Shown: positions 1 through 11,769 of the stretch, piece by piece
How the letters are laid out: each line of letters starts with the position of its first letter
How positions within the stretch are numbered: position 1 is the stretch's first letter
Source of the DNA: Neoechinorhynchus agilis
Taxonomy: Eukaryota > Animalia > Acanthocephala
Direction: 5' to 3'
DNA length: 64,000 nucleotides
Assembly: GCA_051530055.1 (NCBI GenBank)
Contig: CM121341.1
Coordinates: forward strand, 16,284,784-16,348,783
Program-made: the position numbers and the translations under genes
The notes under the pieces: model-generated
Told to the model about the DNA's origin: nothing
Seen by the model: only the letters and a program-made list of their open reading frames with translations
Database searches by the model: none

Positions 1-348
1 GAAAATCTACACTACGCTATTATTTATCCAGTGGATGGCAAAATTGATTACGATACACGTTATGGTGATCACACGACCAGAGATTGGTACTGTGAAATAA
101 GAAATTATGACTATGGGTCACGAAAAAGCAACGGTGGTGTCATAAATCATTTCTTGCAAGTCGTATGGAAAGAGACAACGAAAGTGGGGTTCGGAATCGC
201 AGCTAAACCAAAACACGACGATGCCTGGAACGCAGAGTATTTTGTAATTGTTGCAAGATACTCCCCCAAGGGTGTCGTCGTGGGGCAACACGAGGAAAAT
301 GTTCCAATGCCGCTTGAAGAATACTCGAAATATTGCGCCAATGCGTAA
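1..348 (+). CDS. CAP/SCP/PR-1 (GAPR-1/GLIPR2-like) domain protein, 3' part; frame is open from the window start
   Basis: Translation gives ENL..., WY.EI..YDY, NHFLQVVWKETTKVGFG, VARYSPKG and ENV, the CAP C-terminal motifs; ends TAA at 346-348. Confidence 0.85.
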   Translation, partial: ENLHYAIIYPVDGKIDYDTRYGDHTTRDWYCEIRNYDYGSRKSNGGVINHFLQVVWKETTKVGFGIAAKPKHDDAWNAEYFVIVARYSPKGVVVGQHEENVPMPLEEYSKYCANA

Positions 349-597
349 TATTTTCCGGAGCAAATAAAAATGATTTCTAATATGAATCTGATAGTGCAAT
401 GCTTAAAGAATCTTAACATGAGTGCTCGAATTTCATAGAATCTGAACGTCCCTATTGCAATTAAAGGTCGTAAATGCCACGCGTTCCTACTTTCCGAACT
501 GAATTACTTCATAATTGTTTCAATTGATCATTCAATTTTTATCATCATTAAATTTTAGTTTATCCCTTCTTGTCCGGCTTATTTTTAGGCATAGAGC

Positions 598-829
598 CAA
601 ACCAATTACATCAGAGAAGTGATATAACCACATAGTCTCCGATGCACGGTTAAGAGTGTGTACATTCCTCCGGATCCTCAGATACCTTTAGGAGACGGGA
701 CTCATCAGTGAGTTTCCTCCCTTCAGCGGTATTTCGTCCTCTTTGACTGTGCGCCATTGGTGGTAACGGATTCGAACCACTTGACCCCTAATCGGGATCA
801 CGGGCATTAGTCCACTTGACCACCTCGAC
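598..829 (-). mobile_element. tRNA-headed SINE-like element (family 2), single arm
   Basis: Minus strand 829->754 has A-box-like TGGTCAAGTGG and B-box GGTTCGAATCC, followed by a body shared with 20926-21118 and 21737-22078 (GGACGAAATACCGCTG...GAAACTCACTGATGAGTCCC...GGTATCTGAG). Confidence 0.55.
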
Positions 830-1039
830 ACAACTACGAAATGTCAAACTCAGCCAGTTTTTTCGACTCAGGGTGAGCGCTGCGTCTTAAAATTCAATTT
901 TTCTAAATTTCAACCCATTTCCTCTTTCCTTGACTCTATCCTTCCAACATCGTCGCTTATTTACTCGCCGTTTTGTGGAAGGACACCCAATACATTTCTA
1001 AACTTGTCTATTCATTCCCAGCACTCCAGCCCATTCCCC

Positions 1040-1275
1040 GCTCATTTCTTCTTTGACTTGCCTTTGTCTTTAATTTGAGCGGAAGATAACTTCCCAAATC
1101 TTCTACTGTGATCGTCATTCGTGCCAAGATAACGGTTTTAATTGCACTCTTCTTTTCCGGACAGAATTCTTCTACTATAGTTAGAATGTACTTTTTCAAA
1201 CATTCTCCTTCAACGAAAAGATTTGGATTCCTTAGTCAATTTATTTGACATTCGGTAACCTGATCGAACGGCTGC
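1040..1275 (-). mobile_element. hAT (Buster/SPIN/GTF2IRD2-like) transposase relic
   Basis: Frame reads GYRMSNKLTKESKSFVEGECLKKYILTIVEEFCPEKK...LARMTI..VEDL...LKTKA, matching the SY.VA..IAK..KPF.EGE.IK.C....E..CP.K....SLS..T...R..D motif of this family. No TIRs found. Confidence 0.7.
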
Positions 1276-2280
1276 TTTATTCTCCTTCTTTTTCTTATTA
1301 AATAACTTGATCAATCGACCAATCTCTCCACGCAGTTCGTCAATTTTCACTTCCCGGCACAAGCCACTATATCAATCATACTTAAATTTGGTCTTTGTTT
1401 CAAAAGCTACGAATTCGTCCACTTTCCTTGAAAATTTCGGCACTCAGAATCAATATTCGCCTTTTTTCCTGCGAACCGGCAAAATCGAGCGAAAACGACA
1501 AACTTTGTGACCCACATTTTAATGACATGTATTTAAGCCCGCGATGTAACTTTTTGCACAATTTCACACGAACAACAGGAAAAGATTTAAATACCCACTT
1601 AAATTTCGACTCGTCGCATCTGGAGGGATTTCCATTAGAGGATCACGTTCCTTCTAATCTTTCGATAGACTGTGCGGTAAAAGATTAGCGTCAACGAAAA
1701 AAATCCTAATGATAACTTTTGAAGAGCGCAATCTGCAAAAATTGCAATATTAAAGTCAACAATTAAGACTAAAGAAAACATTATGGTAATTAATATTTAT
1801 TAATTTAATCTTCGCTTTGACTATTTAATTAAACTTGACCAACTAATGTCTATCCGGCATAATTTTGCTTATTATCGGCCATTTTTTCAGCCTGTTTCTA
1901 GATTTAGTTTTAATCCTGTTCATAAAGTTAAACCAACGCTAACAGCCAGCACACGAAACTTGGAAAAGTGCTAGATTCAGTCTTCGTTCCTCAGAGAATA
2001 GCTCGCTACGTAGTGGAGTATCGGAAATTAATTAGTTCTAACTTTCTCGGCATAACGAAAGAGGAATTTAGAAGAGAGGTATTTGCTGCTGCGCGGGTCT
2101 TCATCGCGTGGACATAAAAGGTGCATTTAAGCTGGAGATTAGAGGGCGGTCATTTGACCTGTTGAAAAAAATCACATTGATGGTAGCTGGGATTGAACAA
2201 AAGGTTTTAACTATTAAGGAGATAAACAACTTTACGTATCGGTGTTATTTAATTAGTGTTTTCATCGATCAATTTTCACG

Positions 2281-2536
2281 TATTATGTAAATTGTACGTT
2301 GGCGAATCATTTACCCGATATTGTCGTTACTCATTTATTTATTTGAGAAATATTTCGCAAGGGGCTGTGCATGCTGTTTATGTTATCTCCATTTTAGATA
2401 GAGACTGAAGAGGCAAGGAAAACCCTGCGAAATATTTCCATAATAAATAAATGAGTAACGACAACATCCGGGGCAGGATTCGCCGACGTACAATTAAATT
2501 CACCCCGAGGACAATGATATATGATATTATGTAAAT
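2281..2536. mobile_element. Palindromic hammerhead-bearing pLTR-like element A with 12-bp TSD
   Basis: TATTATGTAAAT direct repeat at 2281-2292 and 2525-2536; imperfect inverted arms about 2289-2362 and 2419-2495; hammerhead-like motif on + at 2401-2440; same family as 11770-12026. Confidence 0.75.
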
Positions 2537-2689
2537 CAGTAACGAATGTTCGTTACTTGGAGCGACATGGATTTTTATAAACACGTTTTATTTATGTAAA
2601 AATGCAGGATCCACACACTTGTTAGCATCTATCTTTGCGAAACGATGTATGGATGACGGATGTTGAAGGCAAGGAAGGTGGGACTTGTT

Positions 2690-3235
2690 TTTGAAGGGGT
2701 GTTGATGTGGGATCGGATGACAGATTAACAGTCTTTCCTTGTTCTCCGGTTTTTAAAGAAGGATTGGGCTTGGGGAAGAAAGATTTTTGGTAGAGGGTAG
2801 TTCGAGCGAGGGGGGGATGAAAAAGGTTGGGGTTAAGGGTGTTTACGAAGGAAGAATATTTAGAGATAAAAAAATAAAATTGTGGAGGGGTTTGAAGAAT
2901 ACGGGGAGCGTTTTTAGAGAAAATGGAGTGGAGGTGGGTGTCGAGGGGAGGGAGTGAAATCCCGCATATTCTAGCTGCTCTCTTGTGGAAGGTCTCGAGG
3001 GAATGGAGAGCATTGACGGAGAGGGAGAGGAAAGTGGGGAAAGCGTATGTAAGGATAGGAAGGATGACAGAAAGATAACAGTGAGCAAGGTGTTTTGGGA
3101 TACGCCGAGACGCCGGAGGAGTTTGAGAAGACCTTCCATTTCTATTAAAATCAATTTATTACAGCCGATTTCCATTGCCAATCTTCATTTTATCGCAGAG
3201 ACGATGATTGTTTCTGAGGTCAACTGACCATTATG
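2690..3235 (-). mobile_element. CR1/L2-like LINE RT C-terminal fragment, decayed
   Basis: LLKLLRRLGVS thumb-region motif, homologous to the copies at 17.6, 24.8, 36.1 and 49.5 kb. Confidence 0.6.
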
Positions 3236-3475
3236 TGCCCCGTCGACAAATCAGTGTCTGAAATATTCAGAAAAAGCATAGGGTTTCTCCAATCGACATC
3301 CTTCGCTTATTAAAAGGGTTCCTCCTTTTTATTTAGGACCGTCGTTTTTAAAACATTTTTTAGATTTAGTGACCTCCTTGTAGCAAAGTTAACGAAAGTA
3401 GCGTGGGCAATCGGTCAGTGATCTGGATTCATATTAAAAATAAATTTTACACTGAACAGACTATGAACATCTGCA

Positions 3476-3548
3476 GTTTCCGTGGTGTAGCGGTTATCAC
3501 GTCTGCCTAACACGCAGAAGGTCCCCAGTTCGAGCCTGGGCGGAAACA
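3476..3548 (+). tRNA. trnV-AAC: tRNA-Val (anticodon AAC)
   Basis: 73 nt GTTTCCG...CGGAAACA cloverleaf; anticodon stem TCTGC/GCAGA with loop CTAACAC; T-loop GTTCGAG. Confidence 0.95.
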
Positions 3549-3879
3549 GCCAATTAAACACTTCGACGGCTTGCGATTTATTCCCTAGGACGAAGGCGGG
3601 GACGTTCCTAAAATAGAGCACAGAAATTGCTGCGGCGGAGAAGGTAACGCTTTTTTCACAGTAAAAATCCTGTCAATCACGCTGTTGACAAATCGAACGT
3701 GTGATAAGGAGATGAAATGTTTCGCAGCTTTCTTCTGAATTTCAGGAGTTTTAAATTGTTTTCTGATTCCATTTTGCAATCAAACAATAACATTTCGTTT
3801 TAAAAATTGCTTCAGATTTTCCCATTGAGGTTGTCGTCGGAATCTTGCTATATCCGAAGAATTCGGCATGTCAACGAGG

Positions 3880-6692
3880 CTCGGGACTTAACCATCTCAG
3901 CAAACCACGATTTGCCGCATGTCGCAACTCGACGCTGCTGACACAGGCGTTGATCACGCGGATCACGAGAGGACCGACGCTGTAAATTCACAAACTCAAC
4001 TTTGGTCCGAATGACCTGTAGAGAACAAGTGGCTAACGGAAATTTCAAGTACTCTGGGAGGTGAGGATAATGCTGCCCGAGATCCGAAGGTCTTAACACA
4101 TAATTGCCCGGTCTGTGACAAGCAGATCAAAATTACGAAAGGGGAGAATTTTGGACTCACGGCCCAAGGGATCCCTATGTGTTGGTTCCGGCCTTTTGCT
4201 AGCAAAATCTTCTCCTCAATTCAATGAACCTCGTCAGAACATCAAAAGCATCGTCCATCGCACCCCTTCGTTGCTGGAGATCGTGCGCGTTTTGCCCAGA
4301 AACATCCCGAAGCGGATCCCGGAGGACGCTACCGAAATAACTTGGACGCGCCTTTTCGCATCCCCGAGACTGGTACTTTGTGCTGGAGTAAAATCTGACG
4401 AGTCCCTTCTAACCCTCATCGAAAACCGGGTGTCCTCCTTCGACAACTCGTTGGGAGAGGTCCTACGCAAAGCTCGCGTTTTAGGGGAGAATTTTCGAAT
4501 CCACCGAATCCGAGCCGAGTTTCAACCCGTTCAATGACCCAGAGAGTGTCTTCTAAACTCGCCGATGGTGATGTGAGAGGCGCGGTTCGCATTCTATCAT
4601 CCACCAACGAATTCGCAAGAGATGATACGAAAACTCTCCAACTTCTCAGCGAGAAACATCCTCGACCCACTGGTCATCTAGAATATTCGGAGATAATCCC
4701 CTCGTGCACGCCGTTAGAATTTTCGGTTGATGTTTTTAAGAAAGTCGTTTCTTCGTTCGCAAATGGGTCAGCACATGGGCTCGACGGGTTTCGGCCTCAG
4801 CACCTAAAGGGCATGATGTCCTTCTCCGTAAGTAATCCATCCTATGTTCTTCTGAACGCCTTGATTCGGTTAGTCGGCGTTTTCTCTGGGGAAAACCTGT
4901 CCCCAAAGCGATTGAAATGTTTTTCGGCGCTTCCCTCTGCGCCTTAAAAAGAAGGACGGTGGGATTCGTCCCATCGCGATTGGCTCTACATTGAGACAAC
5001 TAGCAGGGAAAGTGATTTCTAGGCGAGTCTCAGAAAGTGTTGCTGAAATTCGCCGTTCAGTTCAACAGGTTGCTGCACACCTTGGGGGTGAAGCCATAGT
5101 CCACGCACTCCGTACATTTGTTATCGAGAACGTCAAACCGTGTGTGATCCTGAAATTAGGTTTCCGGTACGCATTCTATTCCGTTAATCGCGACTCGCTC
5201 TAAAAAGCTCTCACCCCTCTTATATTCAACGATCACATCATTCCTTCCGAAAGAGGCGTTCAACAGGGAGACCCATTAGGTCCGATTGGTTTCACGCTCA
5301 CAGTGAATGCGGAATTTAATGCCTGGTACCTGGACGATGCTACGCTGGGAGGCGATCTCCAGGTAGTTCTTCGTGACCTGGAGAAAATCAAGATGGGGGA
5401 AAGCAAGCTGGGCTTTGAATTGAACGCAGAAAAGTGCGAAATTCTATTCCGTAACATAGAGAGGGACCCTGCAAAAGACGGAATAAAGCACGACTTTGAA
5501 AATGTTGCACCCGGGATAGAAATGATCGACGTCGAACAAGAAATTAACAACCTTCTAAAGAAATTATCGGTGCTTTGAGATAGGTTTTGTGAGCTTGGAT
5601 CACACGAGGCTCTGTTCTTGATAAAGAACACCCTCTGCTATACGCACTGCGCCGTTTTTCAAGCACAAGGTTCAGCTTGGCAAGCTAGATGACAGATTGA
5701 AGGACTGTCTTGAGCAAGTTTTAAATGTAAAGATGTCAGAAGAGGCATGGCGACAAGCACCATTGTCTGTATCTTCTGCCGGGTCGGGCACCCGGAAAAA
5801 AGCAGACATATCCCTGCCCGCATTTTTGGGCTTCTATAAGGGAAGCCGAAGCGCAGTTCAGCTCATTTTAAAATCTAATTATCATCTTGATAGGCATTTG
5901 AAGAGGGAGTCAGTGAGTGGTGTGCACTGACCAACTCCGATCAAGTACCTGTGAAGGGTCAAAAACAATCTCTGTGGGATATACCTCTCGTAGCAAGAGT
6001 TCAAAGCTCTCTCTTATCAGACTCAAGCGACGACGTTGTCCGTGCCAGGTTGTTGGCAGTCTCCACTAGAGAATCAGGTGCTTGGTTGAACGCGGTACTG
6101 CTGGCATCTGTGGGTACTCTTCGGGTTGGAGTTTCAATGAGACTAGGACTACCGATGTGTCATCCCCACCGTTGCCGCTGCGGTGCAAATGTGGATACGT
6201 CGGGACATCATAGTCTCATCTGTAGAAGATCAGCCGGCAGATTCGCAAGGCATGCCGAAATTAACATGGTGCTGAGCTGGGCACTTGTTACGGTACATGC
6301 ACCCATTATTTTTGAACCTGCCAACCTCTGTAGGGACGACGGACGTAGACTTGATGGGGTGACCGTATTTCCGTGGCACTTGTGTCGATACACTCGCGGT
6401 CAGCAATCTCATGTTCTCGATGGTTAAAGCAGGAGGTGCAGCGAGCGCTGCGGAAGGACGGAAAACGGCGAAATACCTAGATCTAGCCCGGACCATGTGT
6501 TTGTGACTTTTGGGGTTGAGACCTACGAATCTCTCTGTAGCGAGGCTCTTCAACTCCTGAGGAATCTGAAGAGATGCCTTCAGGTTATAACCGGTGATGC
6601 AAGGTAAGGTCAATACCTGGTTCAAAATATCAGCATCGGCGTGTTGAAAGGCAACACTGCAAGCATTCGGGCGACAATTGAGGACGGCTAGG
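3880..6692 (+). mobile_element. CRE-like non-LTR retrotransposon (RT + REL endonuclease), near full length, frameshifted (copy 1)
   Basis: CPVC zinc finger, KRIP, G.DGFRPQHLK, KKDGGIRPIAIG, QQGDPLGP, WYLDDATL, SGAWLNA, CRCG...H.L.CRRSAGRFARH, D.RR.DGVT.FPW motifs spread across frames. Confidence 0.85.
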
Positions 6693-7295
6693 CATACAGC
6701 ATACATAATATGCGTAAAATAAAAGATTATTGTTTGATAAAAATTGATATGAAATCCGAAGACTTTTAGTTATAAAAATAATTCCGGTTTCCAATATTTT
6801 CCGGATAAAAGGGCATAATAACAAAAATATGCGGATTTGTTTTCCGTACCAAAACTCTGTACAAACCACTTAAATTTGAATAAGAAGCAATGTTTTATCG
6901 TGGGCGTGATTCTCAGGTTTAATAACAGGTTAAATCATTGATTTACAAAAATTAGATTTTTAGATGGTGGATCAGTGATGCTAAATTTAAACTCAATGAA
7001 ACTCGGAACTAATTAAGAAATAGATTTATATTTGTCCGTAACAACAGCAACAACAGGCGTACCTTTTCCAGTGCACGAACTTTGGCGATCTAAAGTGAAT
7101 CTCAAGTTAAGTGTCAATATTTTCAATGCTTTCTTATCTTTTGAAATTATTCTCTTAGGTAGTCCGAGTTGAGGTGATATTAAACCCCTGCATTTTATAA
7201 ACCCGGGATATCGATTCTCCTGGCTACCGAATGGAAATCAAGGCTGAATCAGATGATTCGTTAGAGGAAATATTAAAACTAAAGTCTGGTTACGT

Positions 7296-8363
7296 TCAAA
7301 AAAGCAATTTATCTAAAAGAGTCTTCAGGAACTCTTTGAGTTTAACCTTGGTTTCTTTACTCAGTTTGATTTTTTCAGCCCCATTGAGGAACGAGAGAGT
7401 AAGCAGAGGTTTAAATAAGGAAGATTGACATGTTGGTTTGTAATCGATTGTCGCTTTCACGACATTGTCAAAGTTCAACATATTCATTTCCAACTCAATG
7501 TGAGTCATTATAATCGTTCCCAAAGTATCCTCGACTTGTTCAAGTCTCGAGTCCTCATCTTCTCCCAAATCAATCTGAGGATCCAAGAGAGATTTGACGC
7601 TCAAAAGAATGACTTCATTGAATTGATTGTCCAGATCAGAGCAAGACATTTGAACGGAAACGCTCAAAAGACAATAAAGTAGGTGTCGATTGGGCCTTTT
7701 TTGGGTCTTTGCAGCTTCCAACAATCCTGCATATATCTGTCGACACGGCTTATATTCATTATCAAGCATAGAACGAACTACTAAGCACGTTTTGGCGATC
7801 AATGAACGATTCAGTGATTGCTTTAGAATAAAAACGAGTGCAGTAATGGGAATCTGTTCAATGAAATCTCGATTACCCACAATTAAGACGTTGCAAAGTC
7901 GCATTATTTGAATAAGAACCAATGGATCCCATAAGATTTCGCTACACCCGTTTTCCAAGTGCCGGAGTTGCTCAGCAGCTACTTTTGTGATTTCATTGTA
8001 TCCATTTTCAGAGAGAAAAAAGTCAAAACACAACAAATTTGCAAGAATTCCAAAACAAAGCTCAGCAATTCGTTGAGATATCGATGATGTGCACAGGTGA
8101 ACGAAAACGCGATGAGCACCAAAGTTTAAAATGAGTTCCGAAACTGACTCATTGATTGTCATGTCCCATAATGAGCAAAGAGTTTCTTCGAGTTCAATTT
8201 CGTCCATTGTCGTACATTGATCGCAATATTGAACGAGCGAGAGAAGAAGTTGATAAAGTCGATGTTTGCTATAAATGGTTCCCCGGATTCGGTCATCTGC
8301 TAACTCGTTCAGTTCAGGCGGAGGAGGCGGATTCCAAAGATCATTTGTAGAACTGTAAGGCAT
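7296..8363 (-). CDS. SAAL1: Protein SAAL1 homolog (ARM-like), intronless, 355 aa
   Basis: DRIRGTIYSKHRLY, EETLCSLWDMT, RIAELCFGILANL match SAAL1 N-terminal motifs (DCIGSTVYSKHWLF, EICRVWDMS, RLREICVGILGN). Confidence 0.8.
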   Translation of the reverse strand: MPYSSTNDLWNPPPPPELNELADDRIRGTIYSKHRLYQLLLSLVQYCDQCTTMDEIELEETLCSLWDMTINESVSELILNFGAHRVFVHLCTSSISQRIAELCFGILANLLCFDFFLSENGYNEITKVAAEQLRHLENGCSEILWDPLVLIQIMRLCNVLIVGNRDFIEQIPITALVFILKQSLNRSLIAKTCLVVRSMLDNEYKPCRQIYAGLLEAAKTQKRPNRHLLYCLLSVSVQMSCSDLDNQFNEVILLSVKSLLDPQIDLGEDEDSRLEQVEDTLGTIIMTHIELEMNMLNFDNVVKATIDYKPTCQSSLFKPLLTLSFLNGAEKIKLSKETKVKLKEFLKTLLDKLLF

Positions 8364-8586
8364 TGTCTTAACAAGAAAGGTAGGAGATCACGGACTTGGT
8401 CATTTTGTAGTTCAAAGACCCATTTCAAGGTCTATCATTCGTCGATTAAGAACAAATGTGATCGAAAAAATCCAATGGTATCGATCGCTCCTCGCATTTC
8501 CTAGACGCACAAACGGGAAAGAAAACGAACCAAGAAACAAGTCTTCTAGTCATCTCTCGAAAATACCTTCTAAAATAAGCTTGAGA

Positions 8587-9321
8587 ATGGCTAATCGTTA
8601 CCAATGTGAGGGCAGCAATGACGTTGGAGTGTTCGCGAAACTCACGAATTCTTATTGTCTTTGTGGTTTAACTTCATCGAGTCAGTTTTACAGTTCTCTT
8701 GAATGGCAGATGGGCGATAGCGTTCCCGTGATCCGGTGCTGCATTGCTGGCTGCCGGATAGTTGGACGCCTGACCGTTGGGAATCGCCACGGCCTTCTCG
8801 TCCCGAATACTACGACGGATCAAGAAATCCAGTTCCTTAGAAATGCCCTCCCGGATAACGTAAAAATCCAGAGAGTCGAAGAGCGACTATCGGCTCTGGG
8901 AAATGTAATCGTTTCAAACGATCACGTCGCTCTTGCTCATCCGGAATTAGACAAGGAGACCGAGGAGATTCTGGGGGACACATTGAACGTCGAAGTGTTC
9001 CGAAATGTGATTGCAGGAAATGCACTGGTTGGTACATACAGCGTTATTACAAACCGAGGCGGCCTCGTTCATCCGCGAACAACGAAACCGCAACTTGAGG
9101 AACTCGCCTCACTCCTCCAAGTTCCTCTACTGCCCGGCACTGTTAATCGAGGAAGCGATTTGTTAGCCGCTGGCCTCGCTTGTAATGATTGGACCGGAAT
9201 TTGCGGAATGAACACGAGTGCTCATGAACTTGATGTTATCAATTCAATATTCAAGCTTACGTACACCAAAGACCATTGGGATTCGATAACAAAGAAAAAC
9301 ACAATGGAAATGCTTTCCTAA
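8587..9321 (+). CDS. EIF6: Eukaryotic translation initiation factor 6, intronless, 244 aa
   Basis: MANRYQCEGSNDVGVFAKLTNSYCL...GRLTVGNRHGLLVP...ERLSALGNVI...GTVNRGS. The true ATG is at 8587; the ORF-track start at 8458 is an upstream extension. Confidence 0.97.
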   Translation: MANRYQCEGSNDVGVFAKLTNSYCLCGLTSSSQFYSSLEWQMGDSVPVIRCCIAGCRIVGRLTVGNRHGLLVPNTTTDQEIQFLRNALPDNVKIQRVEERLSALGNVIVSNDHVALAHPELDKETEEILGDTLNVEVFRNVIAGNALVGTYSVITNRGGLVHPRTTKPQLEELASLLQVPLLPGTVNRGSDLLAAGLACNDWTGICGMNTSAHELDVINSIFKLTYTKDHWDSITKKNTMEMLS

Positions 9322-9543
9322 GAAAATCCCTGTAAACATCTCCGTTTCGGTTTTGTTGCTTTGGTCTGAGAGGAAAGCAGTTTTATTTGTTTGACAGTTT
9401 AGTAATTCGGTTCCATTTCAAATGATTTGCGCACATTTAGGAATCTTTGCGCTTGTATTTGTCAGGAGATTTTCAAAACGGCTTAACTTATGCTAAGAAG
9501 TATATTTGTCGTTGACGAAACAGATGCAGGCTTTCGGTTGTTA

Positions 9544-9750
9544 TCAAACTCGCGTTGTAGAAACCTTTTTGAACTTATTTGGTCGATCATCTCTTGTATT
9601 TATTGATCGATCTTTCATAATACGAAGGTCATTTCCGCAGTTTGTACAAGCACGCGCGGCGGTTAGAACTTCATTTTTTTGTAGAATTTTTACGTTGCGC
9701 GTATCGGATCTTTCAATCGACGTGTCATATTTTCGTTTTATTATGAATTG
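9544..9750 (-). mobile_element. Possible Merlin/ISXO2-like transposase N-terminal zinc-ribbon relic
   Basis: ATG-less frame ILQKNEVLTAARACTNCGNDLRIMKDRS resembles the L...G.L.....C..CG..M.L.KD pattern; short match with no DDE domain. Confidence 0.3.
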
Positions 9751-9832
9751 GTTTCTTTAATAGAATTTTCCTTTGCAAAATATACTATTTTTATCGATCA
9801 CAACAGTCACTTAAAAATTACAGATAATAACA

Positions 9833-10628
9833 ATGTCCAAAATATTCACTCCTACAAATCAGAGACGGCTCACGAACGTAGCAGTAGTTCGCCTCAAGAA
9901 GGCAGGAAAACGATTTGAAATTGCTTGCTATAAAAACAAAGTAGTTGAATTTAGAGATGGAATCGAGAAAAATATTCAGGAAGTTTTACAGACATCGAAT
10001 GTGTTTACTAACGTAAGTAAAGGTCAATTAGCAAAAAAAGATGACTTGGTGAGCGCTTTCGGTACTTCGGATGAGTCCTCGATTAGTTTGGAAATTCTTA
10101 ACAAAGGTGAACTTCAAGTGAGTGAACAAGAAAGGCAAAGTCAGTACGCTGAGATGTTTACCCAAATCGCCCGAATTGTCTCGGAGAAATGTGTTGAACC
10201 ACAAACTCAGAATCACTATCCTCCTACGGCGATTGAGAAAGTCATGAAGCAACTTCATTACAACGTCAATCCAACGAAAAATGCAAAAAAGCAAGCTTTG
10301 GATGTTATTAAGTTAAACGGTCGATGATTCTTGGGGCATCAAAGGATGACCGACTTTAATTTTAACTTCTAAATTGATTCCTCTACAGAAAGCTGAGATG
10401 AGACTTAAAATCACAATAAAGAAGGAGGGACTGGAAGATCGATATCGTAAAGAGATTGAACGATATTTTAGTACAGTCGACGAGATGTCTGAAACTGTTT
10501 CTGAAATTCGTTTTGTTGGTAAAGCTGACCCGGAGTCTTTTAGAAAGGTTCAAGATTTGTTCAAAGGCGCACTCCGAGGTGCTGGTCAAGTAGATATCAT
10601 GGCATTGAAAAATGCTCCAGACAGTTAA
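9833..10628 (+). CDS. SBDS: Ribosome maturation protein SBDS/Sdo1, two coding blocks (9833-~10316 and ~10360-10628) with an unresolved junction
   Basis: [37 protein letters not shown]...KKQALDVIK, then in a shifted frame [11 protein letters not shown]...DPESFRKV; stop TAA at 10626-10628. Confidence 0.93.
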
Positions 10629-11272
10629 GACGATTCTCTGGGTACTAATAATTATCATGATGGCTTGTGTCCGGCTAAGTCATTAAAAATTGCGATGTGC
10701 TTTGGCAAACACGACGCTTCTAATTACGTTTGTAGCTCTATATTCGATTTGACAAAATTCCACTGCTTTTTTAATGAGCGCTTTTCTTTATTTCATCAGG
10801 ACTTGAATTTTCGGCTAAGAATCGTAACGTTACGGATTCAGTTGGTACTCCTTCAAAATGACGGCAATATATATCGCACCGGAGAATGTAATGAAATATT
10901 CGATCACTACAATATTTGTACCGTATTCTATTTTGCTAAAATGTTCTGCTCGGCGCATTTAAATATGATCTAAGAGTTCGCCCGATTTCGAATCATGAGC
11001 GCATGTCTATTCCACTCTTTAAATTTAAAATTAGATTCATTCACTGTTGGTTTTCGGTATACGGTGCTCATATCCTCGTCGACAACAATGAACCTCTTTC
11101 GAGACTTATTGTCAAAAAGAACCACCGTATTTTGCATGTTGAGTCTTACGAGTGCTTGTGCTTAATAGCTTTTGTAGTTTAAGTTCTAATCCAATAGCCG
11201 AATCGATGTTTACAGAATGCTACGGTAAACCAGATTACGCCACAATCGTAAGTTGGATTTTGCAATAACCTA

Positions 11273-11610
<338 letters not shown>

Positions 11611-11769
11611 GCGGACCCGTCGTTTCCCCTCTACTGATCTGGATTTTAAAATAAATTGCGTTTTTGGAAAAAGAACTTTTTAGATTTTCATGGTATTGTG
11701 TACCCTCGCGATGAGATTATAAGGGAATTGGTAGTAGCGGAGAATCCTTATAATAAAATCGATAGCAAT

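Noticed and set aside
1395-1688. THAP domain (LCDPHF)
   Set aside because: Lacks the N-terminal C..C and conserved W/P residues.
10665-11150. ORFs on both strands downstream of SBDS
   Set aside because: Short, no recognisable motifs and no consistent exon phases.
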